From the IMG/VR virus record IMGVR_UViG_3300050821_001689, positions 5,958 to 69,957 of that record: a stretch of DNA of 64,000 bases; one strand, given 5' to 3'. This document shows, piece after piece, positions 18,220 through 24,799 of this stretch. The DNA is from a virus. The stretch's first letter is position 1. Every line of letters starts with the position of its first letter. The notes beneath the pieces are model-generated. The model was not told the DNA's origin and ran no database searches. It saw nothing but the letters and a program-made list of their open reading frames with translations. The position numbers and the translations under genes are program-made.

Positions 18220-18294
18220 GGCCCTGTCGTTCAATGCACAGGACTCTCGGCTTCTACCCGAGAAATCTGGGTTGGATTCCCAGTGGGGCCTCCA
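18220..18294 (+). tRNA. tRNA-Arg(TCT)
   Basis: Cloverleaf, loop CT-TCT-AC; variant D and T loops. Confidence 0.85.
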
Positions 18295-18298
18295 TATT

Positions 18299-18389
18299 AG
18301 TCGGTAGCATCAGCCATGCAGCGTGGACTTATACCCCACGAGGAGCAGATTACTCCGCCGAGAAGGGGCAGCACCTTCACCGACTACCA
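18299..18389 (+). tRNA. atypical tRNA with TAT anticodon (Ile?) and long variable arm
   Basis: AGTCGGT/ACCGACT-A-CCA; loop CT-TAT-AC; T loop GGCAGCA. Confidence 0.65.
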
Positions 18390-18393
18390 TTTT

Positions 18394-18471
18394 GGGCTAG
18401 TGGTCAAATGGCAAAGGCGCTCCGCTCAAACCGGAGAGATTTTGTGAGTTCGACTCTCACCTGGCCCACCA
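18394..18471 (+). tRNA. tRNA-Leu(CAA), short variable region
   Basis: Cloverleaf, loop CT-CAA-AC, CCA. Confidence 0.85.
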
Positions 18472-18475
18472 TTTT

Positions 18476-18564
18476 GGAGAGGACGCCGGAATTGGTACCG
18501 GTACCTGACTGTAAATCAGGAGTCCCTTGGGATAATGTAGGTTCGACTCCTACTCTCTCCACCA
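18476..18564 (+). tRNA. tRNA-Tyr(GTA)
   Basis: Class II cloverleaf, CT-GTA-AA, CCA. Confidence 0.9.
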
Positions 18565-18612
18565 TTTTTCTTGCAACTTTATGGTACACTGTAGCATCAT
18601 ATGGTTGTCAGT

Positions 18613-18685
18613 GGGCTCGGAGTAGGACGGGTATACGCCTCGTTTGCACCGAGGAAAAGGGGTTCGACTCCCCGCGGGTCCACCA
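18613..18685 (+). tRNA. tRNA-Ala(TGC)
   Basis: G3:U70, A73, TT-TGC-AC, CCA. Confidence 0.85.
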
Positions 18686-18692
18686 ATTTCGT

Positions 18693-18766
18693 GCTTGTTT
18701 AGCTCAATGGTAGAGCCCCGGCCTGAAACACCGGTTACCGTGGTTCGATTCCACGTGCAAGCGCCA
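18693..18766 (+). tRNA. tRNA-Phe(GAA)
   Basis: Cloverleaf, CT-GAA-AC, G73, CCA. Confidence 0.85.
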
Positions 18767-18767
18767 T

Positions 18768-18851
18768 ACCCTGCTGGTGGAACGGCAGACACACTTGGCT
18801 TAGAACCAAGCGCCGAAAGGCATGGGGGTTCAAATCCCTCGCGGGGTACCA
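18768..18851 (+). tRNA. tRNA-Leu(TAG)
   Basis: Class II cloverleaf, CT-TAG-AA. Confidence 0.92.
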
Positions 18852-18856
18852 ATTTT

Positions 18857-18943
18857 GCGTCTGTGCTGGAACTGGCAGACAGCTTGGCCTGAGAAGCCAA
18901 GGTCCTAACGGACGTGGGGGTTCAAGTCCCCCTGGACGCACCA
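18857..18943 (+). tRNA. tRNA-Leu(GAG)
   Basis: Class II cloverleaf, CT-GAG-AA. Confidence 0.92.
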
Positions 18944-18948
18944 AATTT

Positions 18949-19034
18949 GCGCTGCTGATGGAATGGCAGACATGGGAGACTTAAAACCTCCTGCCTTAAC
19001 AGGCGTCCGAGTTCGAGTCTCGGGTGGCGCACCA
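18949..19034 (+). tRNA. tRNA-Leu(TAA)
   Basis: Class II cloverleaf, CT-TAA-AA. Confidence 0.92.
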
Positions 19035-19039
19035 ATTTT

Positions 19040-19128
19040 CGAGATGTAGGCGGGTAAATGGAAGCCCTCTGGTTTTGGAAACCAGCGCCACATCGGCCTT
19101 GCAGGTTCGAGTCCTGCCATCTCGACCA
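19040..19128 (+). tRNA. tRNA-Pro(TGG) with long variable arm
   Basis: C1-G72, A73, TT-TGG-AA, GCC-ACATC-GGC variable hairpin. Confidence 0.8.
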
Positions 19129-19133
19129 TTTTT

Positions 19134-19207
19134 CGGGGAGTCTGATAACGGTAGTCTCCCGGCGTCGGAAGCCGGTGGCGAGTGTTCGACTCACTCTTCC
19201 CCGACCA
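19134..19207 (+). tRNA. tRNA-Pro(CGG)
   Basis: C1-G72, GT-CGG-AA, CCA. Confidence 0.85.
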
Positions 19208-19212
19208 TCTTT

Positions 19213-19286
19213 AGGCTGTTAGTTCAAAGGTAGAACAGCGGACTCCAAACCCGCGAATGGGCGCTCGAAACGCTCACGGCCTGCCA
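19213..19286 (+). tRNA. tRNA-Trp(CCA)
   Basis: CT-CCA-AA, G73, CCA. Confidence 0.85.
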
Positions 19287-19292
19287 AATTTT

Positions 19293-19367
19293 GTGTTCCT
19301 AGTCTAACGGCTAAGACGCGGGCCTGTGAAGCCCATTATCTCGGTTCGATTCCGAGGGAACACCCCA
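19293..19367 (+). tRNA. tRNA-His(GTG)
   Basis: CT-GTG-AA, C73; -1 base is T. Confidence 0.88.
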
Positions 19368-19391
19368 TTTTAGGTTAAGACACGCTTTTGA

Positions 19392-19464
19392 TGCTGGGAG
19401 AATCGGTATTCAAGTCTGACTCATAACCAGACCTCCGTGGGTTCGACTCCCACTCCAGCGACCA
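19392..19464 (+). tRNA. tRNA-Met/Ile2(CAT) with reduced D arm
   Basis: CT-CAT-AA, D arm GAAT-CGGT-ATTC, CCA. Confidence 0.75.
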
Positions 19465-19472
19465 TTTTCTGT

Positions 19473-19546
19473 TGTGGAATAGTTCAGTGGTAGAATAGGC
19501 TCCCGATAAGGGCTTGACGCTGGTTCGATTCCAGATTCCACAACCA
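19473..19546 (+). tRNA. tRNA-Ile(GAT)
   Basis: CC-GAT-AA, CCA. Confidence 0.88.
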
Positions 19547-19551
19547 AATTT

Positions 19552-19626
19552 ACCCGGCTCGTCTAACGGCCAGGACACTTCGCCTACACCGAAGGGGACA
19601 GGGTTCAATTCCTTGGCTGGGTACCA
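19552..19626 (+). tRNA. tRNA-Val(TAC)
   Basis: CC-TAC-AC, CCA. Confidence 0.88.
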
Positions 19627-19631
19627 TTTTC

Positions 19632-19705
19632 GCGGTCATCGTACATTGGCAGTACGATTGCTTGCCAAGCAATAAAGCCGGGTTCGATTCCCGGTGGCCG
19701 CTCCA
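19632..19705 (+). tRNA. tRNA-Gly(GCC)
   Basis: TT-GCC-AA, U73, CCA. Confidence 0.92.
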
Positions 19706-19707
19706 GA

Positions 19708-19824
19708 TGTTCGGGGAAATGAAGGTTCGAGTCCTTCGCCTCCAGCAAGCGATAAGCGCCAGGGTCATTCCCTGGATGTCTCGCCCTAGTGAAGGTAATC
19801 GTCTAACGGTAGGACGCCCCGACG
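19708..19824 (+). ncRNA. circularly permuted tRNA-like RNA (YrlA-like topology)
   Basis: TCGGGG, T arm GAAGG-TTCGAGT-CCTTC, branched closed acceptor region, D arm GTCT-AACGGTA-GGAC, CCCCGA. Confidence 0.7.
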
Positions 19825-19831
19825 CGATTTT

Positions 19832-19905
19832 GCGAGACCAGTGTGACGGTCGCACGGGTGCCTTCCAAGCTCCAGGTCGGAGTTCAAGTCTCCGGTTTCG
19901 CTCCA
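19832..19905 (+). tRNA. tRNA-Gly(TCC)
   Basis: CT-TCC-AA, U73, CCA. Confidence 0.85.
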
Positions 19906-19911
19906 TTTTGT

Positions 19912-19987
19912 TGGGCAGTAGTTTAACTGGTAGAACGGCTGACTTTGAATCAGTCAGGTTTAGGTTCGAATCCTAACTACCCAACCA
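19912..19987 (+). tRNA. tRNA-Gln(TTG)
   Basis: CT-TTG-AA, U1-A72, CCA. Confidence 0.9.
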
Positions 19988-20003
19988 AAGTTTAGGAGGT
20001 CCC

Positions 20004-20429
20004 ATGAAGAAAGCTATCTGTACCCTGGCCATGTTACTTACCATGTCCGCGGTAGCCGACGCCAAACCGAACTGGAAGCGCATCGGAAAAATAGCTCTCG
20101 TCTGGGGAGCCCCGGTGGCTTCTTCTCTACTAGCCACTAAGGGCGGGGTAGACTGCCGTAAACGTAATGGCGTGGCTCCTTGCAGCGAACATTACGGTGA
20201 GTTCAATGCTTTCGAAGGTGTCCGTGGCGGGTTTAGTCTGACCATGAGCACCCTCTCCTGGAAATGTCTCAACGGAACCGGAGACAAAATGTGTTACAGT
20301 ATGGCTGTAGGCACGGCGGTCTTTAATACCTACTGGTGGAGACACGAGGAGGGTATTTATAAGCCGGAGGATACCACTAAGATTGGTACCTTAGTGGTCC
20401 CCAAGAGTTTTCTGTTGAAAAGGTATTAA
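20004..20429 (+). CDS. signal-peptide-bearing protein inside tRNA array
   Basis: AGGAGG SD; MKKAICTLAMLLTMSAVADA signal; paired Cys. Confidence 0.8.
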   Translation: MKKAICTLAMLLTMSAVADAKPNWKRIGKIALVWGAPVASSLLATKGGVDCRKRNGVAPCSEHYGEFNAFEGVRGGFSLTMSTLSWKCLNGTGDKMCYSMAVGTAVFNTYWWRHEEGIYKPEDTTKIGTLVVPKSFLLKRY

Positions 20430-20437
20430 GTTTCAAT

Positions 20438-20512
20438 TGCCCTGTCGTCTAACTGGCAGGATTAGGGACTCTGAATCCCTCGATAAAGGTTCGAATCCTT
20501 TTGGGGCAACCA
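20438..20512 (+). tRNA. tRNA-Gln(CTG)
   Basis: CT-CTG-AA, CCA. Confidence 0.9.
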
Positions 20513-20539
20513 AGCATCTGATGTAGTGACGGTTTCTAC

Positions 20540-20615
20540 TGTGGTCTGGTCCAACTGGCAGGACGGGATACTGTTAATATCTACGGTCTCGGTTCGAATC
20601 CGAGGGCCACAGCCA
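20540..20615 (+). tRNA. tRNA-Asn(GTT)
   Basis: CT-GTT-AA, G73, CCA. Confidence 0.9.
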
Positions 20616-20674
20616 AATTTAAGGTCCAGGATTATTGACCGTAAGCCCTTTTAGGTCAATACTCTGATACCTAA

Positions 20675-20748
20675 GCCGAGTTCGTTCAACGGTAGGATAG
20701 GGAGCTTGTACCTCCTGGACGAGCGTTCGACTCGCTCACTTGGCTCCA
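20675..20748 (+). tRNA. tRNA-Thr(TGT)
   Basis: CT-TGT-AC, CCA. Confidence 0.88.
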
Positions 20749-20808
20749 GTTTGGTCGGGTTATACCTTGACAAAATGTGAAGTTTTGTCATGCCATAACT
20801 TGACATTC

Positions 20809-20884
20809 GCACTGTTGGTCCAGTTGGCTACGACTCCACTCCCGTAAAGTGGAAACGTTGGTTCGAATCCAACACGGTGCTCCA
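20809..20884 (+). tRNA. tRNA-Thr(CGT)
   Basis: CC-CGT-AA, CCA. Confidence 0.88.
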
Positions 20885-20889
20885 TTTTT

Positions 20890-20963
20890 GCTGGTATCGT
20901 TCAGTGGTAGGACATCTGCTTGGTAAGCAGAGGACTCACGTTCGATTCGTGGTACTAGCTCCA
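20890..20963 (+). tRNA. tRNA-Thr(GGT)
   Basis: TT-GGT-AA, CCA. Confidence 0.9.
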
Positions 20964-20968
20964 TTTTC

Positions 20969-21042
20969 GGGGTCGTCATCTAGTGACAAGATGCCCGACT
21001 GTCTATCGGAGAACGGGAGTTTGATTCTCCTCGACCCCGCCA
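20969..21042 (+). tRNA. tRNA-Asp(GTC)
   Basis: CT-GTC-TA, G73; variant D and T loops. Confidence 0.85.
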
Positions 21043-21086
21043 TCTTAATTGCCAAAAGCGACATATATGTCTCTTTAGGCGAATAT

Positions 21087-21160
21087 GGCCCTGTCGATTA
21101 GTGGCAGGTCGTCTGGTTCTCGACCAGATAGCGGGAGTTCGATTCTCCCCGGGGCTACCA
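21087..21160 (+). tRNA. tRNA-Glu(CTC)
   Basis: TT-CTC-GA, CCA. Confidence 0.88.
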
Positions 21161-21229
21161 GGTTTGGGGCCTTTAAATATAGGCTTTAGGAGTTAAATTC
21201 ACCCTAAAGCCTAGACTTATGGGCTTTGT

Positions 21230-21303
21230 GGCGAGGTCGTCTATGGGTAGGAAGGGAGCCTTTCAAGCTCTCAGAGCGGGTTCGAGTCCCGCCCTCGCTA
21301 CCA
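21230..21303 (+). tRNA. tRNA-Glu(TTC)
   Basis: CT-TTC-AA, CCA. Confidence 0.88.
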
Positions 21304-21312
21304 TAAATTTGT

Positions 21313-21388
21313 CGGTTGCAAGTGTTAGCGGCAGCATACTCGCCTTTTAAGCGATGGGGTCAGGGTTCAAGTCCCTGGCGACCGACCA
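21313..21388 (+). tRNA. tRNA-Lys(TTT)
   Basis: CT-TTT-AA, CCA. Confidence 0.88.
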
Positions 21389-21394
21389 AAAGTT

Positions 21395-21454
21395 GGGCAT
21401 TGGGGTTCGAGACCCCGGCAACTTTCCATAGGAGAGTTGAGTCTGGGACTGCCC
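21395..21454 (+). ncRNA. miniature permuted tRNA-like element
   Basis: GGGCA/TGCCC closing stem, T arm with TTCGAGA loop, 9-bp hairpin, GTC-TGG-GAC mini arm. Confidence 0.5.
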
Positions 21455-21462
21455 CCGGATTT

Positions 21463-21537
21463 GGGCTACAGGTGTTACGGTAGCATTGCTCCCTCTTAAG
21501 GAGACAGGACCGTGTTCAATTCACGGGTGGCCCACCA
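21463..21537 (+). tRNA. tRNA-Lys(CTT)
   Basis: CT-CTT-AA, CCA. Confidence 0.88.
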
Positions 21538-21543
21538 TTTTAC

Positions 21544-21631
21544 GGAGGATTGGCAGAGTGGCAATGCACACGGCTGCTATCCGTGAGTCTACCGTAAGGT
21601 AGCGGGGGTTCAAGCCCTCCATCCTCCGCCA
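21544..21631 (+). tRNA. tRNA-Ser(GCT)
   Basis: Class II, CT-GCT-AT, G73. Confidence 0.9.
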
Positions 21632-21635
21632 TCTT

Positions 21636-21721
21636 GGAACGTATGGGCAATGGTGCCCCGCGGTCTCGAAAACCGCCACAGCCGCAAGGCTAATAGAGTT
21701 CGATTCTCTAGCGTTCCGCCA
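21636..21721 (+). tRNA. tRNA-Ser(CGA)
   Basis: Class II, CT-CGA-AA, G73. Confidence 0.88.
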
Positions 21722-21726
21722 TTCTC

Positions 21727-21800
21727 GGCTGGTAAGACGAACGGTTAGTTGACTGTCTGCAAAACAGTTGTAGTGGGTCCGACTCCCACACCGGCCTCCA
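21727..21800 (+). tRNA. tRNA-Cys(GCA)
   Basis: CT-GCA-AA, U73, CCA. Confidence 0.85.
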
Positions 21801-21808
21801 AATAATGC

Positions 21809-21837
21809 TTGACAAGTGTTCCCTCTCGTGCCATTCT
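21809..21837 (+). promoter_or_regulatory. sigma70-type promoter
   Basis: TTGACA-17nt-CATTCT with TG extension. Confidence 0.55.
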
Positions 21838-21861
21838 AGTCCTCGAATTTAGGGGAGGCTT

Positions 21862-22713
21862 ATGAAGGACGAACAGTACGTATCCCGCCTGCTGGAATTA
21901 CAGAAAGCATTCAAGCCACGTGAGTTTACCGTGGTCAAGCCTGACTCCGAGTTCCCCGAACTATTCATCACCGTCCCCGACTCCTGGCCGTATATTAAAC
22001 TAGCCCCCCTATACGATGTCCACTACGGCCATGCTCTCCATGCTTCCACCTCCTTCATTCGGCACATTGACTGGATGACTAATGAACCCTATGTACTATG
22101 TTTCAACGGTGGAGACCTAGTAGAGAACGCCGTCCTCGGCTCCCCCGGTATCTTCTCCCAGAAATTCTTCTCCCAAGAACAACACGACGGCTCCGTCGAA
22201 CTAGTCGCTCCCTTCCAGCATAAACTCCTATTCGGTATCCCCGGTAACCATGAGTACCGTACCCTAAAAGTAACCGGCTACGACCTGGCTCGCCAATTCG
22301 CCACTGACCTGCAAATCCCCTACTTCCCCGATTATTGTTTCTGTACCATCAAATGGCGCGGGAACAACTTCCGTATCTGCGCCCACCACGGTACCGGTGC
22401 CGCCCAGACCCCAGGAGGCCAGCGTAACGCGGCTAGGAAGGACATGCCTTGGGTGAAGGCTGATATTTACTGGACCGGACATCTCCACCAGCCGATGGCC
22501 GACCTTATCTTCCAAGCTGACTTCGACCAGAAGACTGGGAACATGGTGACCAGGAATACTGTAGCCATCATCTCCCCTAGTTACCTCCAATACTTCGGTG
22601 GCTATGGAGCGGCCAAGAGGTTGTCTCCCGGCGTCACTGGTATCATCCCAGTTACTCTCCAGGAGGACGGTCGCATTGATGTCAGTCTCCACGCAAAAGG
22701 AAAGCGACTATGA
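21862..22713 (+). CDS. calcineurin-like metallophosphoesterase
   Basis: DVHYG, GDLVE, GNHE, HHG, GHLH. Confidence 0.9.
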   Translation: MKDEQYVSRLLELQKAFKPREFTVVKPDSEFPELFITVPDSWPYIKLAPLYDVHYGHALHASTSFIRHIDWMTNEPYVLCFNGGDLVENAVLGSPGIFSQKFFSQEQHDGSVELVAPFQHKLLFGIPGNHEYRTLKVTGYDLARQFATDLQIPYFPDYCFCTIKWRGNNFRICAHHGTGAAQTPGGQRNAARKDMPWVKADIYWTGHLHQPMADLIFQADFDQKTGNMVTRNTVAIISPSYLQYFGGYGAAKRLSPGVTGIIPVTLQEDGRIDVSLHAKGKRL

Positions 22714-22946
22714 GTGTAGAAACTAAGGTCAGTAACTTCGAGGACCAATGGAAGCGGATGGATGAGGTCCATGCTAGAAAAATAGACTTACCTGGCTTCA
22801 CTGTGGAAGAATACAGTAAACGCTACGGATTAACTTGGGACCAAGCCCGCCACCGTCTTCGCAGACTGGTTCAAGCAGGGGAACTTATGACAGATATCGT
22901 AATTCGCAACAGGGCTCGCACGAGGGTTTATAGGTTCCCGGATTGA
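22710..22946 (+). CDS. small winged-helix/HTH protein
   Basis: TVEEYSKRYGLTWDQARHRLRRLVQAG...VYR. Confidence 0.65.
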   Translation: MSVETKVSNFEDQWKRMDEVHARKIDLPGFTVEEYSKRYGLTWDQARHRLRRLVQAGELMTDIVIRNRARTRVYRFPD

Positions 22947-22952
22947 GGTCTT

Positions 22953-23213
22953 ATGCTGCCAGGAACCGAAGAGGATGGCCTTTATCGTCAACTCTACCTC
23001 AACATTCTCCTTCGAGCCGCTAACGACGCTAGGGGAATAGACCTTATGTGCGAGACGCAAATCGAGGCAGTAAGTGCAGTAAGGAACGCGAAACATTGGC
23101 TGACGACAGATAGTGGGGACCTTCGATACGTCTGTCATCAAGCCGGGGCCGATTGGAGGAAAATTTTGGAGAAGTTTAGGGGGGAGTATGGGGATACAAG
23201 AACCGCATCCTAA
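22953..23213 (+). CDS. hypothetical phage protein
   Basis: ILLRAANDA...AKHWL...VCHQAG pattern; GAGG SD. Confidence 0.7.
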   Translation: MLPGTEEDGLYRQLYLNILLRAANDARGIDLMCETQIEAVSAVRNAKHWLTTDSGDLRYVCHQAGADWRKILEKFRGEYGDTRTAS

Positions 23214-23505
23214 TTCAATAAGGTTCCACGAACTTCTAAAGGAACTTGGGGATTTACACGATAAAAAGAGTTTCGACTACGGCTCCGACAAGGACCCTCT
23301 CGCCAACGTCCGTGCCAGCGCCGAATTCGGCGTCCCTGCTTGGGTAGGGGCTCTCATTCGTCTCAATGACAAGATTGTCCGTCTGAAGTCCTTTGCTCGC
23401 AAGGGGGAACTGAAGAATGAGTCGGCTGAGGACTCCATGAAGGACATCGCCGTGTACGCACTCATAGCCCTGATACTTTATGAACAAGAGAAGGAGACCA
23501 AATGA
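23188..23505 (+). CDS. nucleotide-modification-associated (DUF1599/Nmad1-like, MazG-fold) protein
   Basis: KKSFDYG...IRLNDKIVRL...EDSMKDIAVYA. Confidence 0.75.
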   Translation: MGIQEPHPNSIRFHELLKELGDLHDKKSFDYGSDKDPLANVRASAEFGVPAWVGALIRLNDKIVRLKSFARKGELKNESAEDSMKDIAVYALIALILYEQEKETK

Positions 23506-24086
23506 CAGCCGTAATGCCGAAAGAAGATATGTACTCTGTAGGACCTTGGATTGAAACGTTCTCGGGCACCAAATTCCATCTCCTCGACCCACAACCCGAG
23601 GAAATCAATGAAATTGACATTGCCCATGCTCTGTCTAATCAATGTCGATACACTGGGCATGTGAAGAAATTCTTCTCAGTGGCTGAACATTCCTATCATG
23701 TCAGCCTTCTGGTCCCGGCAACTCAGGCTCTCGCCGGTCTCCTACACGACGCATCTGAGGCGTATATCACAGACCTCTCCCGGCCCATCAAACAACTAAC
23801 TCCCGTTGGCCCGCCGTATTATGAAATCGAAGACCGTATCATGCGTGTCATCGCCGCCAAGTATGGCTTCAACTGGCCAATGTCTCCCGAAGTCAAGAAG
23901 GCAGACAACACCATGCTTCTCCTAGAGAAGGACAGGTTAATGAGTTCATTGTCTTGGAGTGACGACGCTTCAAGTGTGGAAGCTAGAAAAGAAACGGTAG
24001 CAAGTGTTGGCGACTTGCGCCTAGCCTGCTACCGTCCTGAAGTGATGGAGAAGATATTTCTACAGCGGTTTTACCAGCTTACTTAG
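23502..24086 (+). CDS. HD-domain 5'-deoxynucleotidase (YfbR/YfdR-like)
   Basis: DIAHALSNQCRYTGH, SVAEHS, LLHDASEAY..D, ADN. Confidence 0.9.
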   Translation: MTAVMPKEDMYSVGPWIETFSGTKFHLLDPQPEEINEIDIAHALSNQCRYTGHVKKFFSVAEHSYHVSLLVPATQALAGLLHDASEAYITDLSRPIKQLTPVGPPYYEIEDRIMRVIAAKYGFNWPMSPEVKKADNTMLLLEKDRLMSSLSWSDDASSVEARKETVASVGDLRLACYRPEVMEKIFLQRFYQLT

Positions 24087-24252
24087 CTGGAGCCGCAGGC
24101 GAATGCTGACTGAGAGCTAGAGCCCCCTGTGCAGCCGCTGCTAGACCGGCTACGACTGGCTGGAACTTCAGGGGCACAAGGCCCCCATAGGCGTTGAATA
24201 GTTGTAGACCGATGCCTAGAACTTGAAGAAGGCCGTGGAAAAATTTAGACAT
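24079..24252 (-). CDS. putative holin (57 aa)
   Basis: Below track cutoff; MSKFFHGLLQVLGIGLQLFNAYGGLVPLKFQPVVAGLAAAAQGALALSQHSPAAPAK; GGAG SD; last gene of lysis cassette. Confidence 0.55.
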   Translation of the reverse strand: MSKFFHGLLQVLGIGLQLFNAYGGLVPLKFQPVVAGLAAAAQGALALSQHSPAAPAK

Positions 24253-24254
24253 TG

Positions 24255-24770
24255 TTATCTCCCAAGGGCAAACATTACTCGCCCTTTGAATTCTTGTAGG
24301 TCAGCAGACTTAACTGGAGCCGAAGCTACCTGTGGGGCTGCTGGAGCCGGTGCTCCAAAATTTGCTAACGCTGCATTGATAGCTACCTGGAAAGCTACGA
24401 TATAAAGCTGAACCTGCTTCTGTGCGTTAGGATTCAAGACACGTAGGGCGGCTAGCTCATTAGGGTCAGCTAGGCCAGTCGAGAAGGCATTGAGACATGC
24501 CACTAACTTAGCCTTGGCGTTCCCTGATGCATTGGCACAGACACCAAACTGGCTATTGAGAGCTAGACCAAACTTAAGATAATGGTCAACCGCATCCCCC
24601 TCAGCCTTCGAGAAGCTACCTGCCGCTTCAAGAGCCGGAAGGTCTGCTTCCGCCACCGAGACTACTCCATTGATTACTCTGCTCACGGTCGCCGCGGTTG
24701 CCTGGGCGTTACATCCGGTTAGGCTGAACACCAGGACCAACGACGCCAATACTGATAGAAGTTTCTTCAT
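24255..24770 (-). CDS. lipoprotein (spanin-like candidate)
   Basis: Lipobox LTG-C; adjacent to endolysin. Confidence 0.7.
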   Translation of the reverse strand: MKKLLSVLASLVLVFSLTGCNAQATAATVSRVINGVVSVAEADLPALEAAGSFSKAEGDAVDHYLKFGLALNSQFGVCANASGNAKAKLVACLNAFSTGLADPNELAALRVLNPNAQKQVQLYIVAFQVAINAALANFGAPAPAAPQVASAPVKSADLQEFKGRVMFALGR

Positions 24771-24799
24771 GTAATTCTCCTTGAGATTCCATTATACCA

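Noticed and set aside
18394-18471. Possible TCA (opal/Sec) suppressor reading of loop CTCAAAC
   Set aside because: The centred 7-nt loop gives CAA; genes end normally in TGA, TAG and TAA, so there is no sign of recoding
17721-21101. Track ORFs overlapping the tRNA array on both strands (except 20004-20429)
   Set aside because: They are translations of tRNA sequences
20622-21226. Long spacer hairpins at 20622-20673 and 21165-21226
   Set aside because: Simple stems with no further motif; probably processing spacers
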